A DNA stretch of 64,000 nt from Octopus vulgaris (lineage: Eukaryota). The stretch lies in NCBI GenBank assembly GCA_951406725.2, contig OX597825.1:15624001-15688000 (forward strand). The letters run 5' to 3'. The notes beneath the pieces were generated by a model, which had not been told where the DNA came from, did not search any database, and saw nothing but the letters and a program-made list of their open reading frames with translations. The translations under genes and the position numbers were made by a program. Positions 28,589-43,169 of the stretch are shown here, piece after piece; position 1 is the stretch's first letter, and each line of letters starts with the position of its first letter.

Positions 28589-29155
28589 AAGGCGGTGAGC
28601 TGGCAGAATCGTTAGCACCCCGGGTAAAATGCTTAGAGGTATTTCGTCTGCCGCTGCGTTCTGAGTTCAAATTCCGCCGAGATCGACTTTGCCTTTCATC
28701 ATTTCGGGGTCGATAAATTCAGTACCAGTTACGCACTGGGGTCGATATAATCAACTTCATCCGTTTGTCTGTCAGTCCTTGTTTGTCTCCTCTGTGTTTA
28801 GCCCCTTCTGGATAGTAAAGAAATAGGTATTTCGTCTGCCGCTGCGTTCTGAGTTCAAATTCCGCCGAGATCGACTTTGCCTTTCTTCCTTTCAGGGTCG
28901 ATAAATTAAGTACAAGTTACGCACTGGGATCGATATAATCGACTTAATCCGTCTGTCTGTCCTTGTTTGTCCCTTCTGTGTTTAGCCTCTTGTGGGTAGT
29001 AAAGAAATAGGTATTTCGTCCGTCTTTACGATCTGAGTTCAAATTTCGCATCCTTTCGGCGTCGATAAAATAAGTACAAACTGTGCACTGGTGGTCGATG
29101 TAATCGACTTACCCCATTCCCCGAACTTGCTGGCCTTGTGCCAAAATTTGAAATC
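28589..29155 (+). mobile_element. Family-A SINE trimer with TSD
   Basis: One head plus three bodies joined at gaaatag|gtatttcg; flanking duplication ataattatgtaacaga at about 28568 and 29157. Confidence 0.85.
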
Positions 29156-30149
29156 GATAATTATGTAACAGATATATGATGTAAAGAGGTTTATAAACAC
29201 CAGGAAACATTGTCTGTAGAACTGCTGTCGGTGCTTTTATTCAGTCTATTGTATTTGAGATAAATATACGGATGTCGAATTCCGTTATGTAAGAAGTACG
29301 CTTTGGGCAAGACAAGTCTGCTACCAAACTTCTGATTTCCTATTTCTCTAAGAAAGAAGAAACATGTCAGAATTTCAGTTCTCTTGGATATCTGAAATCT
29401 GGTTGTTTTGTAGTAAATCAATGTAACTTTTACATTTGAATGTATGGATATGTGCATAGATGTATGCATGTATGTATACTTGGATGTGTGTAAGAACCTA
29501 TGGACAGCACCATTATGTATGCGATTAGTGACTGCCAAGACTATTCGGCAACGCTAGTTCTATTCTAATAGTATTTATTTCTTTTGTTCCCAATCATCCG
29601 ACCGATCAAGTCGATATGGTTTCTAACCTGGCGTTGGATACTTCATATCGATAAATATCGATAAATGGCTCCCTTTACCATGCTGGCGATGATAAATATT
29701 TTCTATATATGTAGGAACATTTGTACATATCATATCATATATTATTTACTCATTCATAATGGAAAGCTATGTAGGTTTATGTTATTTGTTTAAAACACTA
29801 GTTGTCGTTAACTCTAAAGCAAACTCTCTTAGAAGCTGTGCAAGTGTCAGTTCTAATGAATTAGCTCTCAGAATATACAAATAAGTCAATGCGGCAGGTT
29901 GGCAGAAACTTTAGCACACCATGCAAAATGTTTAACGCTATTTCGTATGTCTTTACGTTCTGAGTTCAAATTCCATCGATGTCGACTTTGATGTCATCCT
30001 TTCGGAGTCGATAAATTAAGTACCAGTTGAGTACTGAGGCCGATCGAATTGACTGACCCATTCCCCAAAAATTTTGGGCGTTGTGCCTAGATTAGAAAAG
30101 AACATTGTGTTCAGTCAAAAGTTTTGTAATATTTTGATATCATCTACTT

Positions 30150-30480
<331 letters not shown>

Positions 30481-30503
30481 ACCCAGGTTCGAAATTCCCC
30501 CAA

Positions 30504-30549
30504 GACACCTGATGAAAGCTGGAGGGTATATCAGTCGAAACGTTGTGTT
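30504..30549 (+). ncRNA. Type-I hammerhead ribozyme (inverted duplicate)
   Basis: GACAC CUGAUGA A aGCUG gaggguauau CAGUc GAAA CG UU GUGUU. Confidence 0.75.
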
Positions 30550-33141
30550 AACAACAAACAAGATAAGGACAAATATCCGTTAAATGTAAATAATGTAAAT
30601 AATGTGAACAATTCCTCATCTCTTAAATATAGAACTGTAACATCTGCGGTGTTCGTCACGTTACAACAAAAGCAGCCTAGCATTACAAGTAGAGACTACC
30701 GTGTTGCTCTGTCTGAAGCCAACTTTTCTTCCAGTTCTTCGTGGCGAAGAACTCCTTCCCTGAATCAGGTATTTAATTTAACAAACGAGAGAGAGACAGA
30801 CAGAGAAAGAGAGAGAGAAAAAGGAAGAGAGGAAGAGAGGACGGGAGGGAGGGAGGAAGGAAGGAAGGAAGGAAGGAAGGAAGGAAGGAAGGAAGGAAGG
30901 AAGGACGGAAAGAAAGAAAGAAATTACAATTTATTAGACGAACGCGACTGTCTTGAAAACTTTCCTTCATACTCATAAACAGAACTAAGCTCACACACAT
31001 GAATAGAGGGAGAGAGACAGAGAGCGGGAGATGAAGGGGGAGGGAACGAGAGAAGCATTAAGGTGTCAGCTGCCACATAAGTCAGGGTCCAATCAGTGAA
31101 ACGAAAAAAGCAGTTATACCAAACATCTCGTTTTACTTCCATCATCCGTGGAGCCCCCCACGCCACCGTAATTGCAGCTGCAAACAGTTCAACCATGCAG
31201 AAAGTATTTTTTATTCCAAGTTGGTGAAAATTTGTTCGTTGCTTTCAAATTTTGTATTTTTATATGCGTGTTTGACTGTAAAAGTAAGTGTCGTAAACTT
31301 CGAAATTCTGTTACATTGGCCACACGACTACAACACGATACCGTAGGTTAGCAATGCATTTACGACTAAAAGTAACTGCAGCACACCACACTACACTCCA
31401 TAAAACAAAGCTTGGTGAGAAAATGTTAATATATAATATTTCAATTTTATACAGAATTCCTCATAAATATAGGTGATTAATTATGGGAGCAATACTCACA
31501 TCAAAACACAAAACTATAATAAAGACAAACGCGATATATGTGCGTCAAAGATAGGACAGGCATGAGACTGTTGATATATAATGTCAAAAGATATGATCCC
31601 AGTCAGTTATGACGATACGGTGCACATGAATAAGAGTCACCCGTTGTAAAAGATGTAGCACAGAAGCGAACAACAGTTCCCGTCCTAACGATGGATCTGG
31701 AAGCCTCAATAAAAATAATTTTAAAAACTTAATTTTTGCAAACTTCTGTGATCATATGCGGAAATACGAAAAGGCCCCCACAATTCTTTCTACTTTAGGC
31801 ACAAGGCTTGAAACTTTGGAGAAAGTTTCTAGTCGTATTCATTGAATTCAGTACTCAACTAGTGCTTAACTTATCAACCTCGAGATGATTAAAGACGGAA
31901 TTTGAACTCCGAAAGTAAAGCCGGAGAAAAATGCTAAAAATTTTGTCCGGCATAGTAACGAATTTGCCAGTTCAGCGCCTCAAAAAATGATAGTTTTAAG
32001 TCGGAATAGTCATGTGTTTTTTCTTTATATGAAACTTTTTAGTATTTATAAATTAATTTTTAGTATTTATAAATTAACTTTTAGTATTTATAAATCTCCG
32101 GAAATAAATTTATCTTTGTTTTCAGGAAGAGAACATCTATGTTCCGGTCTATTTGGAATCATCGGCATAGTAGAATATCGTCACTTCACAAAGAATTTTA
32201 CATAACCAAATGGTGTTTCTTAAAATGTTTTGCCTTTAGTAAAACTGTCTAATTAATAAATAAAAATGAGTCAAATAAAATAAGTTAGATGTACTAATGA
32301 CTTGAGATGAGCATAAGAGTTAAGGAGCGATAGCCTGAATGCTGGATGCGATCAAAAATTCGTAATTGAAATATCTAATAGATGAAGAACGAAAACAAGA
32401 CTAACAAGAAAAGAAATCCAATTGTTGACCCACCCATCTTTATATCTAGAGAATTTAACCTCAGAGTGTAAAATACACTAATACACCAGACTTGATATTA
32501 TCTAACACAGATACAAGAAAGTTTGCATGCACTCTCGTTTTAATTTGATCGCAGGGTCTGTATACGTCCAATGTTTGCCGCTCAATCAATGGCAACCACT
32601 GGAGTAGCTCATCTTCCGTTGAATCTTCACGTTGTCTTTATTTAAGTTAGTACAAGTACTGAGGGCAAAATAATAATATTTTCATTGCTATCGAGAAGAG
32701 TAGGTGGCACACAGCCAAATCAATTATGTTGTCAAATATTTGCACTTATCCTATGTCACTAGCAATCATCATTGATATGATTGGCAGTTCTTTATTGCAC
32801 TGCTATCGTTTCGTTGGCATCATGCAAATCAGATTAATTTTGCTCACTTGTTGTTAACTAGGATTGAACTCATAAACCTTTCTGTGGGGAGATCTGCCAA
32901 ATCAAATAGATCTTTTGTGTAAACACATAAACTCAATGAAATGAAATGATATGATATGATATGTTTGTGTGTTCTATACATACACATATATATATATACA
33001 TGTGTGAGCTTGTGTGTATATATACGTGTATATATATACGTATACGTATATATACTTATATATATATATATATATATACACATATATAAATACTTATATA
33101 TGTAAGCATGTGTGTATATATATACATACATATATACATAC

Positions 33142-33206
<65 letters not shown>

Positions 33207-33434
33207 TATATGTATATATAACATATATATACATATATACATACATGTCTATGTATGCATATACATATATGTAATATGTGTATATACATTATACACACAC
33301 ACATATATACATACACACACACATACACATATATATATATATACAAACACATATACATATAGATATACATATACATATACACACACATATATATACATAC
33401 ACATACACACACACACACATATACATACACATAA

Positions 33435-33507
<73 letters not shown>

Positions 33508-33739
33508 TTTATAGGCAGATACAGAAGGAAGAATCCAACTAAATGAAACCGATCCATTTGCCAGAGTGGAGAATTATTGTTAAAGTCTCATCAATGTTAT
33601 TTATCTATTGTTAGCTCTTTTATTATTTATTTCTATTTCCTTTACTCTTTCAACTTTTTCTTCCCTTTACATATACATATTTACTCGTATTTCTTGTTTA
33701 TTATTTTTGTCGTTGCTTATGTGACTGTATTGTTGTTGT

Positions 33740-33756
33740 TACTATTATTATTATTA

Positions 33757-33790
<34 letters not shown>

Positions 33791-33852
33791 CATTATTATT
33801 ATTATTATCATTATTATTATTATTATTATTATTATCATTATTATTATTATTA

Positions 33853-33904
<52 letters not shown>

Positions 33905-33927
33905 CATCATCATTATTATTATTATTG

Positions 33928-33998
<71 letters not shown>

Positions 33999-34005
33999 AT
34001 TATTA
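33740..34005. repeat. (ATT)n/(ATC) trinucleotide microsatellite; (ACT)n(AAT)n block at 37909-38000
   Basis: Read directly. Explains the poly-L, poly-I and poly-N ORFs. Confidence 0.95.
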
Positions 34006-34109
34006 TGGTGGAGAGCCAGCAGAATCGTTAGCCCCCTCCCCCCAAAACTTTCAGGCCTTGTGGCTATAGTAGAAAGGGTTATTATTATTGTCATCATCAG
34101 CATCATTAT

Positions 34110-34178
<69 letters not shown>

Positions 34179-34179
34179 C

Positions 34180-34226
<47 letters not shown>

Positions 34227-34300
34227 CATATATATATATATACATACACATACATACATATACATACACACACACACATACATATATATATGTATGTATG

Positions 34301-34388
<88 letters not shown>

Positions 34389-35253
34389 TGTATGTATATT
34401 CAGATTTACATTTCTAGACTCTGATCCAATCACTCTAGGTCTCGCTTCGTGCAAGGTCACTAACAATTTCACATATCAATATTATTCTGTATCACGATAA
34501 GAGTTCACGGGAATGAAGGCTTCTATAACTATGGCTTACTGCTGTTTCTTCACTAACGCCATTTCCACCACCACTACTACTACTACCACCACAACCACCA
34601 CCACCACAAACACCACCACTACTACTACTACTACTTTTATTGATTTTATTTGTCTTCCCCTTGTCCTCCATTTGTTTTCTATCTCTTATATTTCTGACTG
34701 GACTTTTTTTTCTTCGTTATTCTTTTCTTTTCCTTGCTTATCTTTTTATTTTTCTTAATCTTCTTGTTGTTCCGCTTGTATTGTAATTTTTCTGTCGATC
34801 TCATTCTCTCCACACACACATACATACACACATAAACACATTTCTCCATATTTTTTTTTCTTTTTCATCCAACGTGTTCCAGTTCTTTTTCTTTTTCATT
34901 ATTTTCCGTCTTCGCTTCCTAAACTTCTTCAATTTCATTATCATCTGTTCTTCTTTTTTCTTTTATCGTTGTCTGGTTCCTCCTTTTCTTCTTCTCCACC
35001 CCCTCGCCTTCCCCCTTCTTCTCTTCATCCTCATATTTCCTCCTCATTCTACTACTACTACTAATACTGCTACAACTTTCTACCTTCCTTTGTTTTCTCT
35101 TGGTATTTCGTCCAATCTTAGACATCTCAGGATTTACATCTACAGCTAAAAGGCAACTATTAAATAGGAAACTATTTAAATATATCCTTTACTAGTAGCA
35201 TCATAACATTGGAGACAAGGATATCCTATAGCATACAAAAGACCATGTAACAG

Positions 35254-35354
<101 letters not shown>

Positions 35355-35434
35355 TGTGGGTAGGAAGGTAGGTAAGTAGGTAGGTAGGTAGGTAGGTAGG
35401 TAAGTAGGTAGACAGATGGATGGGTGGATGGATG

Positions 35435-35597
<163 letters not shown>

Positions 35598-36720
35598 CAG
35601 AATAGAAGAAGTAGGGTGAGTTACCATGTTTATCGTCTCTGACTCAAATTTTAGACAAAGAGAAGGTAGATACGTTGAGAGAGGTAACGGAGACACAGAA
35701 AGAAAAAATGGCGTGTTTACGTGATGTCTTTTGTAAACGTGCTGGAGACAAACTGCTATACCACTGGACAAATTTTGATAACTATTTAAACCATCCTTCA
35801 ATTAATTCATTCAATACATCCAGGCTATTCCAACTAATTCTGTCAGCTGTTTCTTGGCCTTTCACTTTTAAATCTGTACATTTATAGACATAGGGAAAAA
35901 ATATGATGTCATTATATCGACATTGAGAATCCACTGCAACCACTCGAGATATTTCGTTTTACATGTTACTTCCTCAAGATAAACGTGATAACTAAGATTT
36001 TCAAATCAAGTAATTATCTAAATCTTCTATAGCAGACTGGCAGTATCTTGTTACATATCTTTATTTTCTGATTTCAACCTTGTTCTTATCTTCCATCTCT
36101 CTAAAAATCAATAATTAGTGACAGTAGTGTACTCGTATAGATTTATTGTTGGAGGTCTTGTACCAGTGTGACAAATAAAAATATTTTACATTGGTTTCAA
36201 ATCTTTGCCACACGGCCAGCGATTTCGGAAGAGGGGTAAGCCGATAACATAGGCCACCGTGCTCAACTGGTACTCATTATATCGACCCCGAAAGGACGAA
36301 ATCTAAAATCGATCACGGCGAAATCTGAACTCTGAACGTAAAGACGACCGAAATGCCGTTAAGCATTTCTGCCTGGCATGCTAAGGACTCTACCAGCTCG
36401 CCGCATTAAAGATAGCTTTATATTAAGCATTAGAATTATGTTGTTTTATCTAGGAATTAGACCCCAGACACTGATTCGACTCTCTAGGTCTGGATTTTAA
36501 ATCCAGTACCGGTTAAATAAGCATCGAAGTTACTTTGCTCCACGCAGAAACTGTAGGAGCCTCTCAGACGTTTTCCGAGATCTAAATCCATCGCAATGCT
36601 GGAAAGCCTTCCGAATCGTCAGCAGGTATCTCAGAGTTACAAGTATTTTGCTCCTTAGTCTGTACGCTCTGCCTGAGTCGGGCAGCGAGGATTGAACTAA
36701 GTCTTTAGCTGTAGTTGGAT

Positions 36721-36810
36721 TTTATTGCGGTCTTTTATCAACCATCGCCACCTTGAACTTGTTTCAGCTGCTATACCAATTTCCTTGGTGGCATTCTTCA
36801 ATTGATCTAG
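36721..36810 (-). pseudogene. Possible C-terminal relic of an RLE-type (HERO/NeSL-like) non-LTR retrotransposon
   Basis: Reverse complement translates LDQLKNATKEIGIAAETSSRWRWLIK, resembling the A.K....AAE..S.WLW.K/R C-terminal motif. Short match only. Confidence 0.3.
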
Positions 36811-37932
36811 GCTCCAGGAAACAGCGCATTGATCTAGCGCATTGAACAGCGCATTGAACAGCGCGTTGTATTATTTATTTTGACAGCACAGAAGGCGCAT
36901 GGTTTAGTAGTTAGAGCGCCAGGCTCACAATCATGAGGTAGTGAGTTCGATTCCTATACCAGGCTGTTTGTTGTGTTCTTGAACAAGACACTTTATTTTC
37001 ACGTTGCTACAGGTCACTCAGCTGTAGAAATGAGTTGCGACGTCACTGGTGCCATGATATATCAGCCTTTGCCCTTCCCTTAGATAACATTGGTGACATG
37101 GGGAGGGGGCTGGTATACATGGGTGACTGCTGATCTTCCATAAATAACCTTACCTGGGCTTGTGCCTAGGAAGGGAATTTTCAAGGTGCAATCCCATGCT
37201 CATTTATGACCGAAAGGGGTCGTTACTCGTATTCTTCTTTTTCTACACTGAATTCTACATCATACACATCACATTTAGTTTCCTCGTACTTTAGGTCGTC
37301 AGATAAATTAGCTGAGCTATTTTGGTTTCCATTTATTTGAAGAATAGTTTTATTGAAGTGATTTATGTTGTTTTTGCTTTGTTTTTTGTTTTGTTTTGTT
37401 TTTTCCTGAGGTCTATTCTCGTTCTATAACTTTGGTTTATAGCTTATGAAATTTGAATCAATTTTACGTCTTCGAAGGCATATAGCTATAGTAAGGAAAA
37501 AAAACGAACGAATTTATCTGACAACCCAAGGATATAAGCACCATATGTTCTAAGATATCAATTGCGGATGAACAATCATTCTACTCAGGTAGGTATTTGT
37601 TTTCACCGTGAAACCGAAGCTAAACATTAGTCTTTAATCCTTCTAATCTTTCCCTGACATTGAGAGACATTTAAATATTTTTCTTGGCTTGCCAAGAACT
37701 TACCGACCAACGGTTCACTGCGTCTTCCATTCCTTCTCAAATTTAATCAATACCAGTTAATTACCTATCCTGTTCGACAGAGAATTCTCCCATGACTCTC
37801 TCGTAATCACATTGAATGACAGGTGCTACATAGCAAGCAATATATAAACAGAAAAACAAAGGTGTTGCTATTTTATATTTCGTATCTTATTTACAATATT
37901 ATCACATCTACTACTACTACTACTACTATTAC

Positions 37933-38000
<68 letters not shown>

Positions 38001-39013
38001 GTACATTAATGTAAATAATGATACTGAAGTGCATGAAAAAATATCTGATCTTTTTATACATATTTTGTTTTTACTGAGATAGAAAATGATTCATATATAA
38101 AAACGTATTCACTGAATATGTTTGTTATATTCTATTCGTTATGGAAAAACAGCGAATTAACGATTATTGTAAACCTCGGATAGAATTCACTCTGGTGTTT
38201 GTTCCGGCTACTGCGCTGCGAGTTCGTGGTTCTACCGGGTCCATCTCTGCTTGTCGTCTCTTCGAGGGTTTGTGAAATAAAGTATTAGTCAAGTAATGGA
38301 CTCAGTTTCTTCTTCCTCTCATTCATAGAATTATTCTCAGTGTGTAGTTAGCCTCAAACAGAAGATGCTGGCAGAGAGTTTGCTACAGAATGGAGTCTGC
38401 TCAATGAACTTACGAGGTTTAAACGAGGCGACAAGTTATGTCGAACTCACCAAAATAAACAAAGATATCATATTCAACGTAAAAACATACTGTATTATCG
38501 ATTATATGTCTTTTCATTTTTTTCGTTTATCAATTTTGTTTCTGTCAATAGACTGCGGCCATGCTGGAGCACCGCCTTCAAGACTTTTTTAGTAGAATAA
38601 AATAATTCTCTTTCTATTTTCTTTTAAGATTGCTACTTAGTCTGTCGGTCTATTTTGCCGAACCGCTAAATCACGGGGACGTAAAAACTACAACACCGGT
38701 TGTTAAAGCAGTAGTTGAGGACTATTTCAGTCATTAGACTGCAGCCATGCATATATATGTATGTATACGTTCGTATATGTAAATATTCGTATGTTGTATG
38801 TATATATAAATGCATTTATGTTACTCTCTGCGTATATTCCACTGATAAGGCAATGCATTTCTAAATGCAAAGCCAGAAATCCGGGATCTGGAATTACAAG
38901 TTTTATATTGTCCTTTTGTCTTCTCTCCTTGTGTTGTATGGGTATTTAATGTGGTTTTAGAGTTAGATCTTGGCTGCTATGTTCAGCATGGTGGTATCTC
39001 TTAGAAACCCTAA

Positions 39014-39154
<141 letters not shown>

Positions 39155-39175
39155 TATATACATATATATACATAT

Positions 39176-39724
39176 ATAAAGGGAGACCCAAAGATGAACC
39201 GGATCCTCGAAACACACACCATCATTAAAAGTAAACGGCAACCAAAATCCTTGAAAAGGATTTTAACCCAAGCTACACTGCACTCAACATCAACCACAAA
39301 ACCAGCAGTTAGAAAATGTGGAAGGCCCAACTGCGGAATCTGTGTCATCTTGAAAGAAGGATCAGAACTTATACTGGAACAAGGCCACCAGTTCACCATT
39401 AGAACAAACTTCACCTGCGCATCAGAAAACTTAATTTACGTCATAACATGCGCTGGCTGCAATAGGCAGTATATAGGCCATACAAAAAATAGCTTACTTA
39501 ACAGGATGGCGGTGCATAAATCACAAATTAGAAACCCTGATTACCGCAAAATACCGGTCAGCGGACACATAGATAGATGTGCTGGAAATGTAAATCCGAA
39601 ATTTACAACTAACCCGCTCTATAAATTCATTGACAACGCAACCTTCACACAACGACAAAATAAAGAACTATATTTCATAAAAAAATTTAGACCAAGTTTA
39701 AACACCCTGGGCCAGGAAGACTAA
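39176..39724 (+). pseudogene. PLE Cys-linker plus GIY-YIG endonuclease, 5'-truncated (the N-terminal YIYI part of the listed ORF is microsatellite)
   Basis: CGRPNCGIC linker, [20 protein letters not shown]...[15 protein letters not shown]. Clearly homologous to, but diverged from, the C-terminus of the 46147-48300 ORF. Confidence 0.9.
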
Positions 39725-39890
39725 AACAAAAGATAAGTCCTACGAAAAGGAGAAGCAAAATTCCACCACGGCCGCTACTTCAAACAGACACTCACTCTGA
39801 CGGAAATATGCCTTAGTAAAAAAGGAAAAAAATTCTTTCGTGCAAATCTGACCCTGATACATACGATACAGCTAAGGGTCAGACCCGATT

Positions 39891-40264
39891 CTGATTGGTC
39901 AACAAGTTGATGACGTCTAGCTCTGCTAGAATGGACAGGATACAAACAGGGGACAGTCATTAGTCAGAATATTGATGACGTCCTTTTCTGCTTGAATAGT
40001 CACCTAACAAGTACAGACAGGGGGCAGATCTAATGTAGCTATAAGTCGTGATTGGGTAGAATCTGGATGACGTCCCGCTCTGCTTGACTAACGAAGCGAC
40101 TGGTCAAAACAGGAAACAAACAAGAGGCAGATATAATGCAGCGATTGGTCAAAATAATGATGACGTCCCGTTCTACTTGATTAAAGCCACCTAACGAAAC
40201 GATTGGTCAAAACATTGATGACGTCACGCTACGCTAGATTGATCACCTAACAGGCATTATAAAA
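39891..40264 (+). promoter_or_regulatory. Putative pLTR Pol II promoter: five ATTGG...GATGACGTC modules followed by a TATA box
   Basis: Modules at about 39893, 39959 (ATTAG variant), 40050, 40143 and 40201; perfect CRE TGACGTCA at 40219-40226; TATAAAA at 40258-40264. Confidence 0.5.
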
Positions 40265-40596
40265 CCGGGCATTTCACAAAAACTCACTAGAACCACCCAG
40301 CGAACTTCCACCATGGGTCATCACAATTGCTTAAGGTAAAAATGAATTCCTCGCTCTTTCGGAAACATCAATCTTCTGTATTGACCGCTTTCCACCACTT
40401 TGATCTGTTTTTTGTATTGAATACGTATCGCCACCGTGGGCCACTGCATCGAACACTTTGAACATATACTTCAAACTATATATCAACTATACATGAACTA
40501 TATATCAACTATACATGAACTCTAAGATGTCTGACTCCGTTGTGTATTATAAATGAATTTCTTGTGTTTGACGGCATGAGCTGTCTTTTTTTATAT

Positions 40597-40650
40597 ATAA
40601 CTTTTTTTGATAAGGTTCATTTCAGGAACTGAAACATGTTATAATGTATA
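40597..40650 (+). ncRNA. Hammerhead-like motif, U3:A8 core variant, weak stem I
   Basis: UUGAUAA GGUUC auuucag GAACU GAAA CAUG UU; stem III palindrome ACAUGU. Same position relative to the element end as the HHR of the 45-49 kb PLE. Confidence 0.5.
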
Positions 40651-40702
40651 TATAAAAATTAAAAATTGTATAATACAGCAGCATTTTCGAACTTCATTTT
40701 TT

Positions 40703-40757
<55 letters not shown>

Positions 40758-40930
40758 TATATATACATATATATATATACACATATATATATATACATAT
40801 ATATATATACATATATATACATATATACATATATATATATACATATATATATACATATATATACATATATATATATACATATATATATATATACATATAT
40901 ATATACATATATATATACATATATATATAC

Positions 40931-41030
<100 letters not shown>

Positions 41031-42023
41031 TTATATGTATATATATATATGTATATAAATACATATACATATATATATACATATAAATATATATACATAT
41101 ATATATACATATATATATACACATATATATACATATATATATATGCATATATATACATATATATATAAATATACGCGACGGGTTTCTTTCAGTTTCCGTC
41201 CACCAAATCCACTCACAAGACTTTGGTCAGCCAGAGGCTTAGGTAGAAGAGTCTGCCTAAATTGCCACGCAGTGGGACTGAAACTGGAACCATGTTATTA
41301 GAATGCAAGCTTCTTACCACACTACTTCGCCTGTGCCTATACTTACAAATAAACAGCAGAATTCCTTGTATCTCGGGCGGGTCATTACGTTAATAAAAAC
41401 ACACTCACGGGATCAACACCTTTAGCACACAACTTCATATCAGGAATCTTGCCAGCGAAATACAGAAAAATTAAGCAGCAGAATAATCAACAGAACTACT
41501 TCTAATTAAACGAAATCTACACCTAATTAAGAAAAATAGCTTCACAATTTTGTGCCTGAATGAGAAAGCTACACTAATTCTGAGTCACAGATTACAAGAT
41601 CAAATGTTGTCATATACGTTAATTATCTCCTTAGGCGAGTTAAATTATTCTACTCGCTTTAATGTGCATAGATGGGAGCTAGATAAAATTCGCAATTTCT
41701 AGATGTGTCGTTGTCGCCAAGATCATTTCATTTTATGTACCAATTCCCCTGGAAAAAGAGAAGTGACTGCCTACATTTACTGAAATATACAGTGTCCCAA
41801 TACATACTTATGTGTGAATATTTACATACAGATATACATACACACCCATATATATATATATATATATACATGCCTAAATATATATATACAAATGTATACA
41901 ATATATGCATATACATACACAGAGACACACATATATATATAGATAGATAGATGTATGTATATGGAGATATAGATATATATACATATACTGCTAGATACAA
42001 ACATACGTATACATATACATGGA

Positions 42024-42068
<45 letters not shown>

Positions 42069-42426
42069 TCATATATACATATATATTATATATATGTGTG
42101 TGTATGTATGACTGTATGTATGTATATATATATATATATATATACATGCATATTTATGTATATATGTATTTATTTATGTATATATAAATATATATATATA
42201 TATACACACATATACATATATATATATATACCTTCATATATATATATATAAATTCACATATACGCGGGGAGATACATTCACATACATATACACTCACACA
42301 CATAAACACAAACATATGCATACATATACATACATGCGCGTATATATGCACACATATATATACACACATGCGCGTATATATGAATATATACACACACACA
42401 CACACACACAACACACACACACATAT

Positions 42427-42553
<127 letters not shown>

Positions 42554-43058
42554 GAGAAAACATAAACACACACATCTAAAACTGAAACGATATTAACCAG
42601 AGATTATTTTTTCTTCTTTTCTTTCTTTTTCGAACGACATTGACAGGAAATACGTTTGGGAACCTTTCCACGATAAAATCATATAAAAACTTTTTATATA
42701 TAATCTTTTACATTTTTTCTAATCAAGTAGAGTGCTAGACTCAAAGTAAATATTAAAAACATACACTGGATTGAAGATGCATAACCGAAGACCTTCATTG
42801 AAAGCAATTTTTTCAAATTCACAGAGACTTTTAAATCATCCACCCATTCCATTTCCTTACATAGAGATACAATTCTTTCGTGGTTTCTTATTTCTGTAAA
42901 TTTTTCTTTAATTTAGCTTTAATTTACTCCAAAAACACCTTAACCCCGCAAAGAAATTGGTCAGTACTTCTGGAAGGCATTTCACAATTCGTTGGACTAG
43001 CACACACTTTCACGCTCTCACAGACACACACACATAAACACACATACACACACATACA

Positions 43059-43092
<34 letters not shown>

Positions 43093-43169
43093 TTCACACA
43101 CAAATACATAAAACCTGTCACTGCCAAAGGCGGAAATTGTTAATGCCTACATCGCTTCGGTGGTGTGCT

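Larger units (their letters stand above)
39176..40707 (+). mobile_element. 5'-truncated Penelope-like element (GIY-YIG region plus 3' UTR/pLTR), bounded by (TA)n on both sides
   Basis: Endonuclease ORF, then a repeated 3' region and an HHR motif about 60-100 bp before the downstream (TA)n. Confidence 0.85.

Noticed and set aside
30604-30978. 124-aa ORF with a donor-like CAG|GTATTT as a host exon
   Set aside because: It starts inside the inverted repeat tail, ends in (GGAA)n and has no recognisable domain.
32031-32093. 3 x 21-bp tandem repeat; similar short duplications at about 36820-36865 and 40474-40521
   Set aside because: Ordinary slippage duplications with no further structure.
40520-40590. 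Possible SECIS-like hairpin (ATGA) in the PLE 3' region
   Set aside because: No in-frame UGA in the retained ORF and no convincing SECIS geometry.
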